Source of the DNA: Fidelibacterota bacterium
Lineage (GTDB): Bacteria; Fidelibacterota; Fidelibacteria; Fidelibacterales; DSDE01
Assembly: GCA_046735395.1 (NCBI GenBank)
Contig: JBJKQR010000047.1
Span: 32,001 to 96,000, forward strand
DNA length: 64,000 bases
Direction of reading: 5' to 3'
Within the stretch, counting starts at the first letter, position 1. Each line of letters starts with the position of its first letter. The notes under the pieces were generated by a model that ran no database searches, was not told the DNA's origin, and was given only the letters and a program-made list of their open reading frames with translations. The translations under genes were made by a program, and so were the position numbers. Below are positions 47,074 through 55,368 of this stretch, piece by piece.

Positions 47074-48300
47074 ATGCGCAGAATTACTTTGATTTCATCC
47101 TTTTTACTTCTTTTTTCCTGCTCTCATGACTCCGGGCGTGTCATGACGGGACTGGATGTGCTGGAAATGGATAATTTTTCCGCACTGCAGGGAAAGACGA
47201 TTGCAGTCATTACCAATATGACCGCGCTGGACAGCCGGGGTCGGCATTTAGTGGATATTCTGAATGACGCACCCGATATCCGGGTGGCAGCCATCCTGTC
47301 ACCGGAACATGGATTCCGCGGCACGGCGGAAGCGGGACATAAGGTTGGAAGTGGCAATGATCCCAAAACCGGCATCCCGATCATCAGCATGTATGGAAAG
47401 ACCCGGAAGCCTACGCCGGAGATGCTGGCAGGTATTGATATGATACTTTTTGATATTCAGGATATCGGCGCCCGGTTTTATACCTATATCTCCACCATGG
47501 GGTACGGGATGCAGGCCGCAGCCGAAAACGGCATTGCCTTCATGGTGCTGGACCGGCCCAATCCCATCAGCAACCGGTGTGAAGGCGCCATTCTGGATAC
47601 TGCAGGATACAGCAGCTTCGTTGGCCGTTATCCCATTCCTGTGCGGCATGGGCTGTCTGTCGGCGAACTGGCCCAGATGATCAAGGGAGAAAACTGGACG
47701 GATACGGATCTGGCAAAGCTGAATCTCGTCATTGTGCCGGTTCGAAATTGGGACGGAAATAAATTTTTCGGGTCATGGCCTCCGCCCAGCCCCAATATTC
47801 CCGATCTGGAAACCGCATTGATCTACCCCGGGACCTGTCTCCTGGAAGGAACGAATCTGTCGGAAGGCCGTGGTACGGAGCATCCCTTTCTGGAATTCGG
47901 CGCTCCCTATATCGATGCATCGGCTCTTCGTGCTGATCTGGACCGCACTCCGCATCCGGGGCTGAAGCTGGATACACTCTCCTTTACTCCCGTTTCCATC
48001 GAAGGAAAGGCGACCAAACCCAAATATGAAAATCAACTCTGTCATGGTATCCAGGTCACGATTACAGACATGGACAGTGTCAAAGCGGTGGCTTTCGGTG
48101 TGTCCCTGCTGTCCTCGGTAAAACGCCTCTTTCCAAACGATTTTGCCTGGAGAGACCATCGCTGGATAAACCTGCTCTGGGGAAACTCTGATCTGATGGA
48201 GGCTATTGACCGGGGCGAGGACGCCGCTCAGATTCTGGCTCGCTGCGATGCCGGACTGGATACATTCCGTAAAATGTCCGCGACCTACAGATTGTACTGA
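47074..48300 (+). CDS. namZ: Exo-beta-N-acetylmuramidase NamZ (DUF1343) lipoprotein
   Basis: LFSC lipobox; SPEHGFRG, FDIQDIGARFYTYISTM, VLDRPNP, RHGL-GELA, PSPNIP, EGTNLSEGRGT. Confidence 0.92.
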   Translation: MRRITLISSFLLLFSCSHDSGRVMTGLDVLEMDNFSALQGKTIAVITNMTALDSRGRHLVDILNDAPDIRVAAILSPEHGFRGTAEAGHKVGSGNDPKTGIPIISMYGKTRKPTPEMLAGIDMILFDIQDIGARFYTYISTMGYGMQAAAENGIAFMVLDRPNPISNRCEGAILDTAGYSSFVGRYPIPVRHGLSVGELAQMIKGENWTDTDLAKLNLVIVPVRNWDGNKFFGSWPPPSPNIPDLETALIYPGTCLLEGTNLSEGRGTEHPFLEFGAPYIDASALRADLDRTPHPGLKLDTLSFTPVSIEGKATKPKYENQLCHGIQVTITDMDSVKAVAFGVSLLSSVKRLFPNDFAWRDHRWINLLWGNSDLMEAIDRGEDAAQILARCDAGLDTFRKMSATYRLY

Positions 48301-48655
48301 TTTCAATATCCCGCCTGCCGCGGGATGCATCCCATATCTTAGTTTTGCCCGGATTCTGCAGAGTGCAGAATTTTGATGCAGATCATGGGGAACTTGTGTA
48401 AATTCTGGCTGAAGTAAAATCCATTTGCCTGCTGTCACAGCAGAATGGGTTGAAAAAGAGTAACTTGGATCATGATGCAGGAAACAGCATATCAAGTACG
48501 TAAACTGTGGCCGGGGAGGCCTCGTTCACTTCGCCTGAGTCGCCTGAATATAACAGGCCGCCCGGCGGGGAGGGGGAGCTTGTCCAGCCGGAACTCAGAA
48601 TCCCGCCGGATGTCGCAGGATTCGATTTTATGGAAAGGATCGGTCCGGAAGAAGT

Positions 48656-48793
48656 ATGGAACTCCTTCATTTTATCAACAACCGAAAAGCGGTCATCATT
48701 TTACCGCTGGTGGCCATTCTTGGGCTGCTCAGTCTCTACATTGTCCTCACGGAAAGCAATCTGCTGAATTTTATTGCCCGTCTGGGGTATTGA
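48656..48793 (+). CDS. 45-aa single-TM peptide, DUF5989-like (not in ORF track)
   Basis: Manual translation MELLHFINNRKAVIILPLVAILGLLSLYIVLTESNLLNFIARLGY*; purine-rich upstream region; precedes an SGNH/TPR-like gene. Confidence 0.6.
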   Translation: MELLHFINNRKAVIILPLVAILGLLSLYIVLTESNLLNFIARLGY

Positions 48794-48897
48794 AACACTG
48801 ATTATTACAGGGTAACGCGGGGGAATTGAAACCATGTTGACCGTTGCGTCACGGGCGGATAAGCAGGATTTTACCGACAAGTCGGGGCGATGCTGAT

Positions 48898-50202
48898 ATG
48901 GCCGGACATCAGGGCGGAAAGCATCCGCTGATCTGGTATGTTTTTCTTTTATTTCTGTCGCTGATTCCGGTGCTGATCCTGGAATCGCTGCTGCGTCTGT
49001 CTTCATTCGGGATGAATTTTCCCCTTCTTGTGAAGACGAGGGGCGCTGACGGAGTGGTTGTGGATAGTGTCAATACGGCCTATCCCCAGCGTTTTCTTCA
49101 TGGAGCACAAACGGATTTTAAACTTCGTGACGGAGCTTTTCTGCACAGCAAACCGGCCAATGGTTTCAGGATAGCCCTCATCGGCACGGGCCTGATCTAT
49201 GCACCGGACCGGACGGATCCGGCCTTTGTCCTTCGCGATTCTCTGCAGGCGCATCATCCCGGCATTTCCATTGAAGTGGTGAATCTCTCTCTGCCGAATT
49301 CATCCTCCTTTATCCTGCGGGAAATTGTCCGGGATCTTGGGAAAGAGCAGGTGGATCTTTTAGTGCTTGCTCCGGGTGACGGAGAATTCTATGGCCTGAT
49401 GGGATCTGCCTCGAAAATGGGCCTGTCCTCGTCCTTCTTTTTCAATGAACTGAATTTCAGACTGGAAAAAGTGCGGATATTTCAGCTGCTTCGGTCTCTT
49501 TTTCCCTTTGAGGAGCTGGATACACTGTCGCTCGGGAGTGACGCCTTCAGTCTGGCAAAGGATAGGGAAATACCCTATCTGTCGGAATCCTATCTGAAAA
49601 CACGGCGTTTTCTGCTCCAGAACCTGGCCGGAATTGCTGATGATGCCGCAGGCAGGAACAGCCGGGTGCTGATGCTGGTGCTTCCTGAACCGCTGGATTC
49701 GCAGGCTCCCCGGGAGCCGCTGTTCCGTGATTCCGATCTGGATCCGGACAGCCTGGCAAATGAATTCAGGGCGGCCCTGCAAAATCGCGACAGTCTGGAA
49801 ATCCGCCGTATCATGAATTATCTCAGGATCTGGGAACCGGCATCTGCCATGACTGCCTATTTCCGCGGCCTGATATATCAAAGAGACGGAATGGCTGATT
49901 CCGCCTGGAATGCGTTGAATCTGGCTCTGAATCTCGATGCCTTCCGGGATCGGGCCAGCGCTGATTTCAGCCGGGCGCTGAGGCAGGCTGCGGAAGAGAA
50001 GGGTTGGACACTCGCGGATCTGAGGCGGGAATTCTACGACAGGGGGATCTGCTATTCCTCTGCCGGTCGTCCTGACAGCATGGGATACAGCCTGCTGGAG
50101 GCCGCGCTGTTCGCCCGCTGCGACAGCCTTCTGTCCCTGTGTGATGGTGATGAAAACAGAAACGGCGCTAAAATATTGAAAAATCGAAATATTGATGACT
50201 GA
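48898..50202 (+). CDS. Membrane-anchored SGNH-hydrolase-like/TPR protein, probably degenerate
   Basis: TM + LE-LLRL-FG; F-K-NGFRI-LIG; IEVVNL; DLLVL-GDGEFYG; A-LDAFRDRA; canonical GxS and DxxH catalytic motifs not seen. Confidence 0.65.
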   Translation: MAGHQGGKHPLIWYVFLLFLSLIPVLILESLLRLSSFGMNFPLLVKTRGADGVVVDSVNTAYPQRFLHGAQTDFKLRDGAFLHSKPANGFRIALIGTGLIYAPDRTDPAFVLRDSLQAHHPGISIEVVNLSLPNSSSFILREIVRDLGKEQVDLLVLAPGDGEFYGLMGSASKMGLSSSFFFNELNFRLEKVRIFQLLRSLFPFEELDTLSLGSDAFSLAKDREIPYLSESYLKTRRFLLQNLAGIADDAAGRNSRVLMLVLPEPLDSQAPREPLFRDSDLDPDSLANEFRAALQNRDSLEIRRIMNYLRIWEPASAMTAYFRGLIYQRDGMADSAWNALNLALNLDAFRDRASADFSRALRQAAEEKGWTLADLRREFYDRGICYSSAGRPDSMGYSLLEAALFARCDSLLSLCDGDENRNGAKILKNRNIDD

Positions 50203-50238
50203 TAAAGATTTATTTATTAGATTTCTGCACGGGTAAGA

Positions 50239-51105
50239 GTGAAGATGAAAGATTTGGGGAAAAGCAGACAGCAAAAACCGGAATGGCTTAAGATCAAGGT
50301 GCCGGGTGGCAAGAATTACCGGGATCTGAAGAGTATTCTCGCTGAGCACAGGCTGCATACAGTCTGCGCCGAGGCGCGTTGTCCGAATGTGGAGGAATGC
50401 TGGGCCCGGCGATCCGCGACGGTCATGATTCTGGGTGATACCTGTACCCGGAGCTGCCGTTTCTGTGCCGTCAAAACGGGACGATCCGGTATAGCGGATC
50501 AGGATGAACCGCGCCGGGTGGCCGAAGCCATCGCGGATATGGGCTTGAAGCATGTCGTTCTCACCTCGGTGGATCGGGATGATCTGCCCGATGGCGGCGC
50601 TGCACTCTGGCATGAGACTGTCAGCCGGATCCGGGAACTCTCCGTCGGAACCACCATCGAGATTCTCATTCCGGATTTCAATGGAGACCGGCAGAACTTG
50701 AATACAGTATTTGATAGCCGTCCCGACATATTGAGTCATAATATGGAAACGGCGGAACACCTGTACCGGCATATCCGCCCGCAGGCTGATTATGAGCAGA
50801 GCCTGAGAGTTCTTCAGCTGGCCGCTGAGGCGGGATTGAGAACCAAAACGGGCATCATGGTCGGACTGGGTGAGGACGCTTCGGATGTGATACGCATTAT
50901 GGAAGATGCACGATACAGGGGAACCCACATTTTCACGATCGGACAGTATCTGCAGCCCACACCTGCTCATTTTCCGGTTCAGCGCTATGTGGATCCGGAT
51001 GAATTTGAATGGTTCCGGCAGGAAGGATTGAAGATGGGATTTCTGTATGTGGAATCAGCGCCTCTCGTCCGATCATCCTATCATGCCGACAACCACGTAG
51101 AATGA
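50239..51105 (+). CDS. lipA: Lipoyl synthase
   Basis: KPEWLK, C-EARCPN-EC, CTRSCRFC, SHNMET, TIGQYLQP, PLVRSSYHA. Confidence 0.97.
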   Translation: MKMKDLGKSRQQKPEWLKIKVPGGKNYRDLKSILAEHRLHTVCAEARCPNVEECWARRSATVMILGDTCTRSCRFCAVKTGRSGIADQDEPRRVAEAIADMGLKHVVLTSVDRDDLPDGGAALWHETVSRIRELSVGTTIEILIPDFNGDRQNLNTVFDSRPDILSHNMETAEHLYRHIRPQADYEQSLRVLQLAAEAGLRTKTGIMVGLGEDASDVIRIMEDARYRGTHIFTIGQYLQPTPAHFPVQRYVDPDEFEWFRQEGLKMGFLYVESAPLVRSSYHADNHVE

Positions 51106-51113
51106 GGGAAACC

Positions 51114-51815
51114 ATGAACCTGAACACATATAGAAACGGGGCACTTGCGCCCAGCCTGCTATCCGCGGATTTTCTGCATCTGGCCGCCGATATTGAAGCG
51201 GCAGAACAGAATGGGGCAGACCTGCTTCATCTGGATGTGATGGACGGCAGGTTTGTACCCAATCTGACCTTCGGCCCGCCGCTCATCAGGCAGATCCGTT
51301 CCTGTACCGGCCTGCCTCTTGATGTTCATCTGATGATTGAGAATGCCGAACAGACGTATATGGATTACATTCGTGCCGGTGCAGACATGATATCCGTTCA
51401 CTGGGAGGCGGTTACACATATGAATCGTCTGCTCCGAGCCATCCGGGCAGAGAAGGTCGCCGCCGGGGTTGTGCTGAACCCGGCCACACCGCTGGCCTGT
51501 CTGGAAGATATACTGACAGAAGTGGACTACATCCTGCTCATGTCCGTCAATCCCGGATTCGGAGGGCAGTCCTTCATTCCCGAATCGACGGACAAGATCC
51601 GGCGCCTGGCAGAGATGCTGGCCTCAGCAGGCCGGGACGAGGTGCTCATCGAAGTGGACGGGGGCATAAACGCCGAAAACATCCCAGCCATCCATACGGC
51701 AGGGGCTCATATTCTGGTTGCCGGATCGGCAGTGTTTTCAGGCGGTGATATCGGATTACAGATTATGGCTTTGAAAAATAAAATAAATAACGGGGAGACG
51801 TGCATCCGATTATGA
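51114..51815 (+). CDS. rpe: Ribulose-phosphate 3-epimerase
   Basis: APSLLSADF, HLDVMDG-FVPN, DVHLMI, LLMSVNPGFGGQ, IEVDGGI, LVAGSAVF; start at 51114 or 51102. Confidence 0.96.
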   Translation: MNLNTYRNGALAPSLLSADFLHLAADIEAAEQNGADLLHLDVMDGRFVPNLTFGPPLIRQIRSCTGLPLDVHLMIENAEQTYMDYIRAGADMISVHWEAVTHMNRLLRAIRAEKVAAGVVLNPATPLACLEDILTEVDYILLMSVNPGFGGQSFIPESTDKIRRLAEMLASAGRDEVLIEVDGGINAENIPAIHTAGAHILVAGSAVFSGGDIGLQIMALKNKINNGETCIRL

Positions 51816-52912
51816 AAAATACGGAGAAAAAAGACAGGGAATTCAGAGAACGGAAACTGCCGGATCTTCCCACGCATCTGGAATGGTTTGATAAATTTTC
51901 CGTGAATCCCGTCAAAGTGCTTCTGGAACATGGACGGGACGCGAGTGTCCGCTATAACCTGTATAAAATCGTACTGAGGCTGGATGCTCAGGATCCCTTT
52001 CTTATGAATTCCAAAAAACGCCTGAACGAGAACGGGGACCGGGTGCGCCAGCTGGTCAAGTTGGAAGAGGATACGCAGGAAATCCGGGCACGTGAGAGTG
52101 AATTGGGTTATGAGGCTGTACAGGCCGTTGTAATGGGACTGAATTCCGATCTGAGCGAAGCCTGGGACCGGGCCTGTCACAAACGGATGAAGGCGGTGCA
52201 GGATGCCATAGTTTTTCTGCTGAAACAGCAGAAGGAGGACGGATCCTTTGATTTTCCCCTGCATATCACGGCCTATTTTCTGGAAACACTTCTGAAATAT
52301 GATTTTGAAGGAAATCAGTACGTCGAAAAAGGAATTCGCTGGCTGGTTCGCCAGCAGAATGAAGATGGCGGCTGGGGAAAAGCCGGGGAAAAATCCGATA
52401 TCTGGGTGACCCTGAAAGTCCTGTCTGCCTGCAGTTTTCATTCGGTCATGCGAAAACGTCCCAAGGTGCTCAAGGGCGCCGAATTCATTCTGGATCATTA
52501 TCTGGATGAAAATTCCGGGGGTATCCTGGAGGGCATGAATGCCTGGGATAATCTCAGTTACGGTTACGAAGGGCTGAAGGCCTTTCGCGGCGGTACACTC
52601 CGCGTTCTGGAAATACTGGGGCGCCTGGGGTATCAGAGCTATGACCGTCGTATCCGGAAGATGCTGGACTGGCTGGAACAGCAGCAGCTGGGCAATGGAT
52701 ACTGGGCCGGAATTCCCCGCCTCGGTGAAGATAAAAACGAAATGGTCACACTCAGGGCTATTCGTGTTTTCCAACTCTATTACCTGTATTCAGGAAATAA
52801 AAAAACAATTAAAACATACCGAATAAAAGCCGGTGGGCGGGTGTCTGCGAAAAAACCCACCTTTGCCAGTTATAACGTGCCGGATTTAGACGGGATCGAG
52901 GAGAAAGAATGA
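51800..52912 (+). CDS. Prenyltransferase/squalene-cyclase (QW) repeat protein
   Basis: QQKEDGSF, QQNEDGGWG and QQLGNGYW repeats in a helical protein. Confidence 0.7.
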   Translation: MHPIMKNTEKKDREFRERKLPDLPTHLEWFDKFSVNPVKVLLEHGRDASVRYNLYKIVLRLDAQDPFLMNSKKRLNENGDRVRQLVKLEEDTQEIRARESELGYEAVQAVVMGLNSDLSEAWDRACHKRMKAVQDAIVFLLKQQKEDGSFDFPLHITAYFLETLLKYDFEGNQYVEKGIRWLVRQQNEDGGWGKAGEKSDIWVTLKVLSACSFHSVMRKRPKVLKGAEFILDHYLDENSGGILEGMNAWDNLSYGYEGLKAFRGGTLRVLEILGRLGYQSYDRRIRKMLDWLEQQQLGNGYWAGIPRLGEDKNEMVTLRAIRVFQLYYLYSGNKKTIKTYRIKAGGRVSAKKPTFASYNVPDLDGIEEKE

Positions 52913-55311
52913 GCTCGAAAGAATATGATTATGTCACCCCTCCGGATCCGGCCATCGCGGACCGATTCAAGGATCCCACCTCTGTTCCTCTGATGCCGCT
53001 GAGAAATACGACGCTTTTTCCTCAGCAGGTCATACCGCTGTATATCGGTCGGGACCGGTCTCTGAATCTTCTGGATGACCTGGATGATGAAGACCGCATC
53101 ATTGTTGTGGTGGCTCAGAAGGATGGCGCCGTGGAAATCCCCGATTCCGACGAACTCTACGAATGGGGAACCCTGGCCCAGATTCTGAAAGTATTCGATA
53201 TGCCCGACAAGAGCAAATCTGCCATTGTGCAGGGGATTGAACGGGTGCGGATCCATTCCATCGTGACGGAGGAACCCTATTACAAGGCCATTGTTCAGCG
53301 GGAACGTGAATATTACGAAGATACGATGAAGGTGGAGGCGCTCACGGCCACGCTGCGGCAGCTGTTCAACCAGCTGGTGAAAAAGACTCAGTATCTCTCG
53401 GAGGAACACGTGCAGATCGTTTCCAAGATCAGCGACCCGGCACGTCTCTCCGACCGTATCATTTCCCTGACCAATATTCAGGTAGCCGAAAAACAGAAAA
53501 TTCTGGAACAGCTGGATGTTCAGAAGCGCCTGACCGACTGCGCCGTGATTCTCAATAAGGAAATTCAGCGCATGGAAATCGGCGAAAAGATCCAGACGGA
53601 AGTTCAGGATGCCATCAATAAAAATCAGCGGGAATATTTTCTCCGCGAACAGATGAAGGCCATCAAGAAGGAACTGGGTGATGATGAAACCGGGATGGAT
53701 CTGAAGGAACTCGAGGAAAAGATAATTTCCGCGAACATGTCGGAGGAAGCGGTAAAGGTTGCGCAGAAGGAACTGGCCCGCCTGGAAAAAATTTCGCCCC
53801 AGTCGCCTGAGTATACCGTATCCCGTACTTATCTGGACTGGCTGACTGATCTGCCCTGGTCCGAATCGACGGAAGACTCGGTGGATACGCTCGGAGCCAA
53901 GAAAATTCTGGATGAGGACCATTACGGCCTGGATAAGGTAAAAACACGGATTCTGGAATATCTCGCCGTGAGAAAACTGAAGATGGAGACAGATCCTGAT
54001 TCCATCATGAAGGGCCCCATTCTCTGTTTTATCGGCCCTCCCGGAGTCGGCAAAACCTCCATGGGCCGGTCGATTGCACGATCCATGGGCCGAAAATTTC
54101 ACCGCATGTCACTCGGCGGTGTCCGGGATGAAGCGGAAATACGCGGCCATCGGCGAACCTATATCGGCGCCCTGCCGGGCCGGATTATTCAGGGCCTGAA
54201 AAAATCGGGATCCAATAACCCCGTGTTCATGCTCGACGAAATCGACAAGCTGGGCAGTGATTTTCGGGGGGATCCGTCCTCCGCTCTGCTGGAGGTGCTG
54301 GATCCGGAACAGAATTTTTCCTTTTCGGATCATTACCTGGATGTGCCCTTTGATCTGAAGAATGTCATGTTCATTGCCACGGCCAACTGGTATGACGGCA
54401 TCCCCGGTCCGCTGAAGGACAGAATGGAAATCCTGGAATTCCAGGGTTACACCCTTCCGGAAAAAGTCCGGATCGCCCAGGCCTTTCTGCTTCCCAAGCA
54501 GATTCGTGAACATGGCCTCAGCCCCCGGGAAGTGCAGTTTAGCCGGGATGCCATTGTTGAAGTCATCGAAAAATATACGCGGGAAGCGGGTGTGAGAAAC
54601 CTGGAACGGGAAATTGCCAATATCTGCCGTAAGGTCGCCCGTGAAAAGGTGGAAAGCCGAAAGGTGAAATTCCGTATCGGCGTGAGTCAGGTGGCCAAGT
54701 ATCTCGGTAAACAGACATTTTATTCGGATGTGGCTGAACGCCTGACCCGCCCGGGAATCGCTGTCGGGATGGCCTGGACGGCCGTAGGTGGTGATATTCT
54801 GTTCATCGAAGCCACCAAAATGCCCGGTAAGGGAAATATGATCCTGACGGGAAAACTGGGCGACGTCATGAAGGAATCGGCCCAGGCGGCCCTGTCCTTT
54901 ATCCGGGCCAACGCCAAGGCCTTCGGCATATCCGAGGATTTTAACAAGAAATATGACCTGCATATCCATATTCCGGCCGGAGCCATTCCCAAGGACGGCC
55001 CCTCCGCCGGTGTAACCCTGCTGACGGCCATGGTATCTGTTCTCAGCAACCGCAAAGTGAAAAATGATCTGGCCATGACCGGTGAGATCACGCTGCGCGG
55101 AGCCGTGCTTCCCGTAGGCGGGATCAAGGAAAAAGTCATCGCTGCTCACCGGGCCGGACTGAGAACCATTCTCCTGCCGAAGAAAAATGAAAAGGATGTG
55201 GATGATATTCCGCCTGAAGTTCGTAACGATATCAGCTTCTTTTTTCATGAAGAGATGCTGACGGTCGTGAACAGTGCTCTGGAATCTCTGAACGGGGCCG
55301 ATGCCGAATAA
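52909..55311 (+). CDS. lon: ATP-dependent protease La
   Basis: LON N-domain; GPPGVGKT; RGHRRTYIGALPG; LDEIDK; PKDGPSAG; VGGIKEK. Confidence 0.98.
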   Translation: MSSKEYDYVTPPDPAIADRFKDPTSVPLMPLRNTTLFPQQVIPLYIGRDRSLNLLDDLDDEDRIIVVVAQKDGAVEIPDSDELYEWGTLAQILKVFDMPDKSKSAIVQGIERVRIHSIVTEEPYYKAIVQREREYYEDTMKVEALTATLRQLFNQLVKKTQYLSEEHVQIVSKISDPARLSDRIISLTNIQVAEKQKILEQLDVQKRLTDCAVILNKEIQRMEIGEKIQTEVQDAINKNQREYFLREQMKAIKKELGDDETGMDLKELEEKIISANMSEEAVKVAQKELARLEKISPQSPEYTVSRTYLDWLTDLPWSESTEDSVDTLGAKKILDEDHYGLDKVKTRILEYLAVRKLKMETDPDSIMKGPILCFIGPPGVGKTSMGRSIARSMGRKFHRMSLGGVRDEAEIRGHRRTYIGALPGRIIQGLKKSGSNNPVFMLDEIDKLGSDFRGDPSSALLEVLDPEQNFSFSDHYLDVPFDLKNVMFIATANWYDGIPGPLKDRMEILEFQGYTLPEKVRIAQAFLLPKQIREHGLSPREVQFSRDAIVEVIEKYTREAGVRNLEREIANICRKVAREKVESRKVKFRIGVSQVAKYLGKQTFYSDVAERLTRPGIAVGMAWTAVGGDILFIEATKMPGKGNMILTGKLGDVMKESAQAALSFIRANAKAFGISEDFNKKYDLHIHIPAGAIPKDGPSAGVTLLTAMVSVLSNRKVKNDLAMTGEITLRGAVLPVGGIKEKVIAAHRAGLRTILLPKKNEKDVDDIPPEVRNDISFFFHEEMLTVVNSALESLNGADAE

Positions 55312-55368
55312 TGCGGCCGGAACATCTCCGGGTCTGTTTTTCTACCAAAGTGTAAAAGGAATACTCGT

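Noticed and set aside
48636..48660. GGTCCGGAAGAAG resembles the SRP RNA domain IV core
   Set aside because: Differs from the CAGGUCCGGAAGGAAGCAGC core, has no flanking helix, contains the over-represented TCCGGA, and serves as the RBS region of the small ORF.
51009..51113. N-terminal extension of rpe in the ORF track
   Set aside because: Overlaps the lipA 3' end; homology and RBS point to a start at 51114 (or 51102).
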